From Heptranchias perlo (taxonomy: Eukaryota), in NCBI RefSeq assembly GCF_035084215.1, contig NC_090325.1:127286001-127350000 (forward strand): a stretch of DNA of 64,000 nucleotides, given 5' to 3'. The notes beneath the pieces are model-generated. The model saw only the letters and a program-made list of their open reading frames with translations, was not told where the DNA came from and did no database searches. Position numbers and translations under genes: made by a program. Numbering within the stretch: position 1 is the first letter of the stretch; each line of letters opens with the position of its first letter. Positions 10,579-22,562 of the stretch are shown here, piece after piece.

Positions 10579-13230
10579 TTTTTTTTTATTCGTTCATGGG
10601 ATGTGGGCGTTGCTGGCAGGGCCAACGTTTATTGCCCATCCCTAATTCCCTTTGAAAAAGTGGTGGTGAACTGCCTTTTTGAACCACTGCAGTCCGTGTG
10701 GTGAAGGTTCTCCCACAGTGCTATTAGGTAGGGAATTCCAGGATTTTGACCCAGCAACGATGAAGGAACGGCGATATATTTCCATGTCAGGATGGTGTGT
10801 GACTTGGAGGGAAACATGCAGGTGGTGTTGTTCCCATGTAACTGCTGCCCTTGTCCTTCTAGGTGGTAGAAGTCGTGGGTTTGGGAGGTGCTGTTGAAGA
10901 AGCCTTGGCGATTTGCTGCAGTGCATCCTGTGGACTTTACAAACTGCAGCCACTGTGCGCCAGTGGTGGAGGGAGTGAATGTTTAGGGGGTAGATGGGGT
11001 GCCAATCAAGCAGGCTGCTTTGTCCTGGATGTTGTAGAGCTTCTTGAGTGTTGTTGGAGCCATACTCATCCAGGCAAGTGGAGTGTATTCCATCACACTC
11101 CTGACTTGTGCCTTGTAGATGGTGGAAAGGCTTTGGGGACAGGAGGTGTGCCACTCGCCGCAGAATACCCAGCCTCTGACCTGCTCTTGTAGCCACAGTA
11201 TTTATAGGGCTGGTCCAGTTAAGTTTCTGGTCAATGGTGACCCCCAGGATGTTGATGGTGAAGGATTCGGCGATGGTAATGCTGTTGAATGTCAAGGGGA
11301 GGTGGTTAGATTCTGTCTTGTTGGAGATGGTCATTGCCTGGCACTTGTCTGGCGCAAATGCAACTTGCCACTTATGAGCCCAAGCCTGGATGTTGTCCAG
11401 GTCTTGCTGCATGCGGGCACGGACTGCTTCATTATCTGAGGGGTTGCAAATGGAACTGAACACTGTGCAATCATCAGTGAACATCCCCATTTCTGACCTT
11501 TATAATGGAAGGAAGGTCATTGATGAAGCAGCTGAAGATGGTTGGGCCTAGGACACTGCCCTGAGGAACTCCTGCAGCAATGTCCTGGGGCTGAGATGAT
11601 TGGTCTCCAACAACCACTACCATCTTCCTTTGTGCTAGGTATGACTCCAGCCACTGGTGAGTTTTCCCCCATATTCCCATTGATTTCAATTTTACTCGAG
11701 CTCCTTGGTGCCACACTCGGTCAAATGCTGTCTTGATATCAAGGGTAGTTACTCTCACCTCACCTCTGGAATTCAGCTCTTTTGTCCATGTTGGACCAAA
11801 GCTATAATGAGGTCTGGAGCTGAGTGGTCCTGGCGGAACCCAAACCGAGCTTCGGTGAGCAGGTTATTGGTGAGTAAGTGCCGCTTGAAAGCATTGTCAA
11901 TGACACCTTCCATCACTTTTCTGATGATTGAGAGTAGACTGATGGGGCGGTAATTGGCCGGATTGGATTTGTCCCGCTTTTTGTGGACAGGACATACCTG
12001 GGCAATTTTTCACATTGTTGGGTAGATGCCAGTGTTGTAGCTGTACTGGAATAGTTTGGTTAGAGGCGCAAATAGTTCTGGAGCACAAGTCTTAAGCACT
12101 ACAGCCGGGATGTTGTCGGGGCCCATTACCTTTGTTGTATCCAGTGCACTCAGCCGTTACTTGATATCTCATGGAGTGAATCAAATTGGCTGAAGACTGG
12201 CTTCTGTGATGGTGGGGATATCGGGAGGAGGCCAAGATGAATCATCTGCTTGGCACTTCTGGCTGAAATGGTTGCAAACACTTCAGTCTTGTCTTTTGCA
12301 CTCACGTGTTGGACTATGCCATCATTGAGGATGGGAATGTTTACAGAGCCTCCTCCTCCCATTAGTTGTTTAACTTTCTACCACCATTCGTGACTGGATG
12401 TGGCAGGACTGCAGAGCTTTGATCTGATCCATTGGTTGTGGAATTGCTTAGCTCTGTCTGTAGCATGTTGCTTCCGCTGTTTTCAATGCATGTAGTCCTG
12501 TGTTGTAGCTCCACTAGGTTGGCACCTCATTTTTCGGTACGCCTGGTGCTGCTCCTGGCATGCTCTTCTACACTCCTCATTGAACCAGGGTTGATCCCCC
12601 TGGCTTGTTGGTAATGGTAGAGTGAGGAATATGCCGGGCCATGAGGTTACAGATTGTGCTGGAATACAATTCTGCTGCTGCTGATGGCCCACAGCGCCTC
12701 ATGGATGCCCAGTTTTGTGCTGCTAGATCTGTTCTGAATCTATTCCATTTAGCACGGTGGTAGTGCCACACAACACGTTGAATGGTGTCCTCAGTGTGAA
12801 GACGGGACTTCATCTCCACGAGGAATATGCGGTAGTCACTCCTACCAATACTGTCGTGGACAGATGCATCTGCGACAGGTAGATTGGTGAGGACGAAGTG
12901 AAGTAGGTTTTTCCCTCACGTTGGTTCACTCACCACCTGCCGCAGGCCCAGTCTGGCGGCTATATCCTTCAGGACGCAGTCAGTCGTGGTGCTACCGAGC
13001 CACTCTTGATAATGGACTTTGAAGTCCCCCATCCAGAGTACATTTTGTGCCTTTGCTACCATCAGTGCTTCCTCCAAGTGGTCCTCAACGTGGAGGAGAA
13101 TTGATTCATCAGCTGAGGGAGGCCGGTAGGTGATAATCAGCAGGAGGTTTCCTTGCCCATGTTTGACCCGATGCCATGAGATTTTATGGGGTCCAGAGTC
13201 AATGTTGAGGACTCTCAGGGCCACTCCCTC
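10579..13230 (-). mobile_element. LINE of the CR1/L2 supergroup, second family: frameshifted ORF2 (APE endonuclease remnant plus RT) with A-rich tail
   Basis: LDIKTAFDRVWH, GVPQGSVLGP, FTDD (FADD) and YRPP...MGDF motifs across ORFs 10642-13224; T-run at 10579. Confidence 0.9.
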
Positions 13231-13274
13231 CTTCCTGGGCGGAAGCCAGACTGGAGGGATTTAATGGGGAATTT

Positions 13275-14558
13275 CATAGAAGTTACAACATGGAAACAGG
13301 CCCTTCGGCCCAACATGTCCATGTCGCCCAGTTTATACCACTAAGCTAGTCCCAATTGCCTGCACTTGGCCCATATCCCTCGATACCCATCTTCCCCATG
13401 TAACTGTCCAAATGCTTTTTAAAAGACAAAATTGTACCCGCCTCTACTACTGCCTCTGGCAGCTCGTTCCAGACACTCACCACCCTTTGAGTGAAAAAAT
13501 TGCCCCTCTGGATCCTTTTGTATCTCTCCCCTCTCACCTTAAATCTGTGCCCCCTCGTTATAGACTCCCCTACCTTTGGGAAAAGATTTTGACTATCGAC
13601 CTTATCTATGCCCCTCATTATTTTATAGACTTCTATAAGATCACCCCTTAACCTCCTACTCTCCAGGGAATAAAGTCCCAGTCTGTCTAACCTCTCCCTG
13701 TAAGTCAAACCATCAAGTCCCGGTAGCATCCTAGTAAATCTTTTCTGCACTCTTTCTAGTTTAATAATATCCTTTCTATAATAGGGTGACCAGAACTGTA
13801 CACAGTACTCCAAGTGTGGCCTCACCAATGCCCTGTACAACTTCAACAAGACATCCCAACTCCTGCATTCAATGTTCTGACCAATGAAACCAAGCATGCT
13901 GAATGCCTTCTTCACCACCCTATCCACCTGTGACTCCACTTTCAAGGAGCTATGAATCTGTACTCCTAGATCTCTTTGTTCTATAACTCTCCCCAACGCC
14001 CTACCATTAACGGAGTAGGTCCTGGCCCGATTCGATCTACCAAAATGCATCACCTCACATTTATCTAAATTAAACTCCATCTGCCATTCATCGGCCCACT
14101 GGCCCAATTTATCAAGATCCCGTTGCAATCCTAGATAACCTTCTTCACTGTCCACAATGCCACCAATCTTGGTGTCATCTGCAAACTTACTAACCATGCC
14201 TCCTAAATTCTCATCCAAATCATTAACATAAATAACAAATAACAGCGGACCCAGCACCGATCCCTGAGGCACACCGCTGGACACAGGCATCCAGTTTGAA
14301 AAACAACCCTCGACAACCACCCTCTGTCTTCTGTCGTCAAGCCAATTTTGTATCCAATTGGCTACCTCACCTTGGATCCCATGAGATTTAACCTTATGTA
14401 ACAACCTACCATGCGGTACCTTGTCAAATGCTTTGCTGAAGTCCATGTAGACCACGTCTACTGCACAGCCCTCATCTATCTTCTTGGTTACCCCTTCAAA
14501 AAACTCAATCAAATTCGTGAGACATGATTTTCCTCTCACAAAACCATGCTGACTGTTC
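13275..14558 (-). mobile_element. Young 5'-truncated CR1 LINE with an uninterrupted RT reading frame
   Basis: ORF 13346..14539 (397 aa): DFSKAFDKVPH, GVPQGSVLGP, FADD, ending GPSAGNWD-stop; no stops or frameshifts. Confidence 0.95.
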
Positions 14559-14805
14559 TGGTGAGAGGAACGATATGCTGGGAGGCAACAACATGCTCCA
14601 GGACTTGAGAGGAAAAGGAGCTTAGAGATGGAGCAGTGTTTAAGAGGATGGATGGGTGGACTTTTTTTTGAGGACCTTGAGGAACATAGCTTAATTCTTC
14701 ATGTTTAAGCCTTGGAGAAAATGTCTGATTTGGAAGAATTGGAATAGACAGGACTGAATAGTGTATTTTTTAAGCTTGCTGAAGGTGGTCATGATCTGAC
14801 TCCAT

Positions 14806-15716
14806 GGGCGTGATTTTGACCCCGAGCCGTGAAGGAACGGGAGGGGCCAAATTGCAGACGAGAAACCCGGAAGTATGGGTTTCCCGGATGTCCTTACGAT
14901 TTTGACTTAAGGGCGTCTTTTATTTTGTCGGTTTGCCGTCCAACTGACCGGCCTGATTGACCAGCTGGCCTCAGTCAGAAAGGAGAGCAGCCAGGGAGAG
15001 GACGTGTTGTATGGAAAGGTGGGGGGTGCTGCATGGATGGGCACGGGGGTGGGGGGGTATGGGGGCGTGGGTTGGCATGGGGGGCACGGTGGGCATGGGG
15101 GTCACTGGGGGGAGTCAGTCATTGGGGGAGGGATCAGGGGTCAGTCACCGGGGGGAGGGGGGGGGGGTTGTCGGGATCGGGGGTCATCACGGGGGTCTCC
15201 GATCATTGGGGGTCATTGCGGGGGTCTGCAATCGTTGGGGGTGTGGGTTCGAGATGGAGGGGTTCCGCGATCATTGGGGTCAGAGATCGGGGCGGGGGGG
15301 TGCTCCACAATCATTGGGGCAGAGTCGGAGATGGTGGAGGGGGTCCACGATCGTTGGGGGGTCACTGCAGATAGGCTTGTTGGGCCTGGGGGAAGCACTC
15401 CTGCTCCTCCAGGCCCACAACCTGAAAGGCACTTACCTATTAGCTTCAGGCCTTCTCGCGTACTTACACGTGGCGTGAAAGAGAAGGCCCGAGAATCCCG
15501 GCCCCCGGGGGTTGAAATTGGAAACGCTGGAGAAATGGAGGCCCGGAGCCTCCTTGAGAGGTTTTAATCACCAACCCACCTACTGGGAGCAGGTTGGTCG
15601 TCTGCCCCTTGTCCCGCTCCGGTGAAAACCAGAAGTGGACGGGCTGGAGACGGGTCCGAAATGGTTGCAATTTTGAATGCTCAACCCACCTGTTTTTCCC
15701 TTTTAAAATCGTGCTC
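14806..15716. mobile_element. Harbinger-type non-autonomous element (MITE) with a G-rich minisatellite core
   Basis: TIR gggcgtgatttt / aaaatcgtgctc (CpG-decayed GGGCGCGATTTT); CAT duplicated at 14803-14805 and 15717-15719. Confidence 0.8.
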
Positions 15717-15998
15717 CATAAGTCCACCCATTCCTGATAAGTATTGGAGGGGCTGTATCCAGATAAACTCGACTAACAATTTTTGGTCAGAAGCTCTGGA
15801 CAATGGGGCAAGACACCACAGGAAGGTGATGATAGCAGTTTTGAAGAGGAGAGAGGTGGTGCTTGTGGAAAAGTTATGTCAGCTAGCACAATGGTAGATT
15901 TCTCCCCCCTGCAGTTTTCTTCTCTGTTAGAGCAACAAAGACTGGTCTGCAGTACAGGACACTCTCTGACCAGCCATAAGAATTGTACAAAGAATGTA

Positions 15999-16181
15999 GG
16001 TGGTGATTTTGACTCTGGATGATCGTGTAAAACAGGCGATATTGGCTCAGCCACCCATTAAACATCTCTCCTGGTTTTTGATTCCATTGAAGATAGAAAC
16101 GAGAATCAAGAGAGGTGTTTGATGGTTGACTGAGCCGATATCGCCTGTTTTACACCATCATCCAAAGTCAAAATTATCTCC
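15999..16181. mobile_element. Palindromic hairpin MITE (arms ~88 bp, loop ~5 nt)
   Basis: ggtggtgattttgactctggatgatcgtgtaaaacaggcgat... pairs with ...atcgcctgttttacaccatcatccaaagtcaaaattatctcc. Confidence 0.85.
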
Positions 16182-16799
16182 ATGATATCTGAATTAGAGC
16201 AACATATTGAGGCTTGGGATCCAAGTGATGATGCTAATGCAGCTACTGCAGGTGTCTGTTATAAATTTTAATGGAGGAGGACAAATAAATTAATTTATTG
16301 TGACTACAGTTTCTTTTCTCCCCACTGTTTATCATTTGTCACCAAAATTGACCTTTTGAATTTTTTTCGTCAGCTAAATGAGGAACATGTTTTCCTTCTT
16401 TCACACATAGAATCATGGAAGGATTGCAGCAAGGAAGAAGGCCATTCAGCCCATTGAGTCCATGCCGGCTCTACGCAAGAGCAATCCAGCTAGTCCCATT
16501 CCCCCGCCCAAACAGTTTGTTGAAATTTTGGTCACAATGTGTTTATGATCTGTGGAGACGACTGCAAAGCTGCTGTGTAATGCAGATCAGTAATACTTAG
16601 TTTGCATGATTTTTGGATGCCAAGTAAATTGTGTCATCCACATAAAATTTGGGTTAATTGTTTGAAATTAATACCTTCTGTTATCTGGATCATACTAACC
16701 AGATATTAAAGGGAAAAATACAGCTGTACAAAGCTGTTTACTTTATTAAAATGTAAAATTACTTTGAAATCAACTTTTATTCTGACAATGCCATGATAA

Positions 16800-16895
<96 letters not shown>

Positions 16896-19192
16896 TAAAT
16901 TACATTGTTTTTAATATATTCCATCAGCCAATTTTAGTCAATTTGTTTATGCCCTCACCATACATACTGTTTTATATATATATATAAAAAATAACCAAGC
17001 ACACACCTTTCCAGCAGGAATCCTTGGATAGTAGTGAGAAACGGGAACCATGGCTCTTCAACCCTAGCCCAAGAGCATTTCACCTGTTGCTCTGGCTGAA
17101 ATCAAGTAGCACAGGCCAAGAATTGAACCTGGGACTTTTTAGTTTGTATGCTATTGTTAGGCCAGGCTATTGGGGGAGCTGCTGTTTATTTTAATTAAAG
17201 TAGTTGATTGATTCATTAACTGTTTTTGATGGGAATCTGTTCTCAAGTATTTAGTACTTGGTTGGGGAAGGAAGGAGGAAATTAGTTCTTTGGAATACTT
17301 TCTATATTGAAGGCACTGTACAAATGCAAGCTTTTTTCTTGCTTGGAGCGTGTCAATTTTGTACTGTCCTTTATCACTCCAAACTAAACAGCATCCATTT
17401 TTAAAAAAAACTTGTCTCTTATCTCTCTTCAACCACCTTTTCTTGAATCAGAGACCACTGAACCTGTCTTCATAATTTAGAATCCCATGTGTCTCAATAT
17501 TGTTGCTCTTTTCAATATTGTTGTTGAAGGTGGGACTTCCAAAGCATCACTGCTTTATTCATTGATCTCAACAAGGATAGAATAATGTATGACTTTCCAG
17601 GATATTTGATTATCTCAATACTTGACTAGCCCTGTTAAGAGCTTCATGTTGAATGGATAATTTCACTGTACAGTCCACAATAACTTCCAAATCCTTCATT
17701 TCCTTAAATGGAACATATATAAAAATACGTGCAGCAGAAATCCTTGGATAGAGATCAGAATTGGGAGCCATGGCTGTTTCTTTTTCTTTCCCTGTATTAC
17801 AGGCACTAAGGTTAGTTGCAGTATTGCAACTGCTGCCTGGCATGAGATTGCAGCGTCCCAAATAGCTCAGCACAGGCACATTTAGTGTTTCCCTATCCGT
17901 CTACCTTAGGTTTATTCTAATTAAACTTTCATCGGTTGTTCCTGTACCCATTCCATAAATTCACAATCAATTCTTCCCCATTCATGTTGCCTTACCACAT
18001 CTCTTAGCATTCCCAATAAATGTTGTTTTACAGGTACCATCCACCTGCTGGTTAATGCAGATACTGTAAGTTTTGTGTTTGCATTGGTGTGACCAGTGTG
18101 TGGGGCTTTACTGTAAAATGCTAATTTGGCTTTTTTTTCCCCTCAGGCTCAATAATTCCTCCAAGCCATTCTAATCAGCAGCACCAGAGTCACAATGAAA
18201 ATAAAAGAAATGCTCATAAGTTGATAAAGCAAATTTAAGATGATATTAGTATTAATCACAAAGTCCTGTTTTCAATCACTATTCAATTCATGCTGGAAGC
18301 ACTGAAGCTCAAACAAAATATTGTTTTATGCATTCCAGCAATATACATGGAAATCATTGAATAAATTGGTTTCATCCCTAATTTGATCATCACAACGTAG
18401 ATCAAAATGTAACAATATCAATAAGCAATGTTTCCTCAGTCCTAAATTTGTGATAGGATAGTTAATTTAACAAGTATTGTTGTTAAATGTTACATTTTAT
18501 TTATCCAGTGGATTTGATCTCAAATCATTTTTAATTACTTCTTTTGCAATAGTTTCAATTCATTTTCAGTATTTGAATTCATTGTCTAGGTGGTATCCAA
18601 ATTGGGTATTTCCATTAATGACAATCCTGTTGCGGTGCAATCCTAGAATTATTAAAACTGCTGACCTCCCCTTATGGGTCTCTGGTATTTTTCAGTCCAC
18701 TCTTTATAGGCTGATGCACAGCTCTGTATAAGGAGATTGGGTCTTTAGTCTTGGCTGCGGTGGTTTCTGAGGTAACCCTTTTCTTTTCACTTGTCATGGA
18801 TTTATCCATTATCTTCTTCACAGATCAAGTATTGGGAAACCTCCAGTCTAGGCTTAGAACCCATAAAAACAAGTTAAAAGGCTAGATATTTGGGATGAAG
18901 TCTGTACAGAAGCAGCCCTCGGGTCCGAGTAACCCCAGTTTTTAGTGTGCAGCAAGGGTGCTGAAAGGAACCAAAGACCAGTGATAGCGTGTATGTACAT
19001 CCCAGCCTCAAACACTGAGAAGATGGCATTCCGAATTGAGCTTAAACTTTTTTGTTTTAAAGTTAAATTTTGGTTTGTATTTTTTCAAACGTAATAATTA
19101 CTAATGTCTCATCCTGTTCTGTTTGACAGCCTAGCTATACTTTAGCCACACTAATATAGTTTAGACATTTAGTATTTCCTTAATCTCTGCAG

Positions 19193-19287
19193 GTGTTATT
19201 CTGTATATACTACTGGTTGGTTATCCTCCTTTCTGGGATGAAGATCAGCACAGGCTGTACCAGCAGATCAAGGCTGGTGCTTATGAT
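19193..19287 (+). CDS. CAMK2D: CaMKII delta exon 9 (95 nt): (G)[31 protein letters not shown]
   Basis: Acceptor ctctgcag|, donor GAT|gtgagt; invariant CaMKII peptide. Confidence 0.97.
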
Positions 19288-20397
19288 GTGAGTAAATTGA
19301 ATACTTCTTGTTAACTCTTTCAAACACTTGAAAGTATTTAATGCATGTAAAGCTTTTTAATTTACCTCTGACTGCCTCATAAGTAATGTGCTATTCATCA
19401 TGCAGAATCCTAAGGAACACATTGCAATGGGTGCCACCTAAATATGAATTTTCCTTTTCTTTGTTTTTCTTTCCTCTCCCCAAAGTACAAAACCTAACAC
19501 TACAGCCAGCAGTCTTTTTGACTGACACTTGACACCTAACCTGATGGATTGATTTATCAGCACACTGTTTCACAGAATATATTCTACCTCATTCAAGCTT
19601 TCTGTCCTCATGTTGCCTTTGAATACTGACATGATCGCATCTGGAGCAACGTTGTGATAACTGAACAAGTGTATCGATTAGTTTTATAAGCTGTTCAAGA
19701 AATAAAACAGTTTTCTTTGATGGGGAGTTTGCTAAAATCTCTAGAAATCTGGCATTCGGAGAAGTAGGAGGGGGAAGGAAAAAACAATAAAGGCTTCATC
19801 ATCGAAAAATTGGATTATATTGATGAAGAACATTCAACTAATTGGAATTTGTTCTTTAATGTCAGTCTTCAAAGAGGTGGATTGACCTTATGTAAGGTTA
19901 ATTCTCAGTGAAGCTTCACAATTACATGGCCTTCAGGGTATTTAGTTAGGAGACATTTTATGTCCAGCTAATGAATGAGCAGTTTTCCCTGCTTCACCTT
20001 TCTATCGTGTTTATATTACAGAATTGCTTACTCAAAGCAAGTCTGTAATATCCTTGGTCCAGGCCTGTGAAGTGGAATCTGCCTTCTTTACATTATAGGC
20101 CGTTTCTGCATCCTGGTGGCAACAAACAGGTGTGCATGCAATTTACAACTTTATTTTCTGGCTGCTGGGGTTTCTCTGATGGCTGGGGCAAACTGTATCA
20201 GTAGCCTGTATAGATGGCTGAAATGTGGTTCCACGTGTGTGTCGCTCAGTGTGTGTGCCTCGCCCTCGCTCTGCCTCACTCTCACTCTGTCTCCTGTGTT
20301 TTCTCTTTTATTTCCTGCTTCCTTGCTATTTGTTTATGTCTCATTTTTGTTTTATTTCTTCTGTCCCAATTTCTCCTCTTCTTTCTACCCTGGCAAG

Positions 20398-20460
20398 GCG
20401 GTGGAGCGTGTTTGTAGCTCTGCTGCACTTCAGAGAAGCAGCATTTGATTTTGGCATGAG
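20398..20460 (+). other. Candidate 63-nt poison cassette exon in intron 9 (in-frame TGA at 20446-20448)
   Basis: No AG between 20250 and 20395, very pyrimidine-rich; aag| acceptor; GAG|gtaggg donor; phase-0 reading AVERVCSSAALQRSSI-stop. Confidence 0.45.
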
Positions 20461-20868
20461 GTAGGGATGTGACTGCCCTGTGATTTCTTCTGTGGAAATT
20501 CCAGTGTTGAGGCATGAGACGGAACATTATGGGACATCAGAACTGAAAGACATGTCTGAATTTTTCAAACCATTTCAACAAGGGAATGTTTTTCACCAGT
20601 TCAGAAAGGAAATCAATTACCCATGGTCTCGCAGATAGTTTGGAAGGGGTATAGGTATTTTATAAAAGTACTCCAATGATTTTTCAATCGGATAGTGTTA
20701 AAATTTATACTTTTTCCTCACAAAACACACTTGCAGTAGATTGAATATTAAACAGACCAGCTATCCCCATAAGTATAGTACTAATGTGAATTGCAACGGT
20801 TTTATGCAGGCAAAAATCAAGTTATTGATAATTGTCTGGGCAGCTCTGTCATTTCATGTGTTTTGTAG

Positions 20869-21018
<150 letters not shown>

Positions 21019-21184
21019 TAACAACTGTATCATTCCGTGCAAACTGTTAGCAGTGGTATATTACTGATAGTTCAGTCCTTTAGCAGATATGGGGCTCTGC
21101 GGTCATTATTTAGAAATACAATTTAAAAAGTGAGTGTGGAGTTATCAGTTTTTTAAAAATCTGTTCCTGTTAAATAGTATCAAG

Positions 21185-21480
21185 AAAGACAGAACTTGGC
21201 TTTACATAGGATCTTCCACATCCCAAAGCACTTTACAGCTAGTAATTTACCTTTGAAGTGTAGTCACTGTTGTAATGTAGGGAAATGCAGCAGTCAGTTT
21301 GCACACAACATGATCCCACAAATAGCAATAAGATAAATGACCAGTTAATCTGTTTTCAGTGGAGTTAGTTAAGGGATAAATGTTGACCAGTTCTCCGGGA
21401 GAACTCCCTTGCTCGTAAAAAATGGTGCTATGCAATCTGTTATGTCCACCTGAAGGGCAGACGTAGCTTCTGTTTGGGTT
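21185..21480 (-). mobile_element. Deu-domain SINE (SacSINE1/AmnSINE1-like)
   Basis: gggataaatgttgaccag...gggagaactccc core and L2-like tail cccaaagcactttaca; sister copies at ~49010-49410 (+) and ~47385-47490 (+). Family assignment is from recall. Confidence 0.65.
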
Positions 21481-21750
21481 TTGATCAGCCATGTCGAAAC
21501 TGATTTTCACAAACCTCTTTTTAAAAACTTGCATGCAAACATGAGTCTTTAAGAGTTTTGCCTGAAATTGGCCACATTTGCTTTTATTTGCTTCCACCAG
21601 GCATTAGCATTACTAACAATCGGGGAGGGTGGTGCATGTTCCATGGGCAGATGGTGAGCATCAATAAGCTCGATGGTCTTTTTGTATGCTCATATGAATT
21701 CTTCAGCAGATAGAAGTCCCTAAAGTGGAGTGATTTTATCCAAATTATGA

Positions 21751-22221
<471 letters not shown>

Positions 22222-22562
22222 TAGCAAATGCCCATCTCTAAACTACAAACCTATATACTTTTATAATTTATAATCCTTAATACTCGTTTCACAATCAAAT
22301 CTGCTATCTTTGCTGCATTTCCAAGGTTAGACATGGACACAAGACCTTTCTATACCTAGCCATAGTTGCCTAAACACTGCTGCTTGTTACTTTCAATGAG
22401 CAACAGGAGTGATGGAGAGCCAAGACTGGAAAGAAGACAGATTACATTTCCATGCTTAATTTTGGTAATATAGCAAAAGAATGGCTCCAGTCACAAGGTC
22501 AACCATCTTGTAATTTTTTTAACTTGCTAATGTGTGTGTGCATGTTTAAACATTACATGTAA

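Noticed and set aside
14957-15567. Gly-rich ORFs of 113-187 aa
   Set aside because: Open in several frames only because the G-rich MITE core lacks stop codons; no domain or splice context.
18121-18156. Strong-looking acceptor ttttttttcccctcag in intron 8
   Set aside because: No matching donor or recognisable peptide; such sites are common in AT-rich introns.
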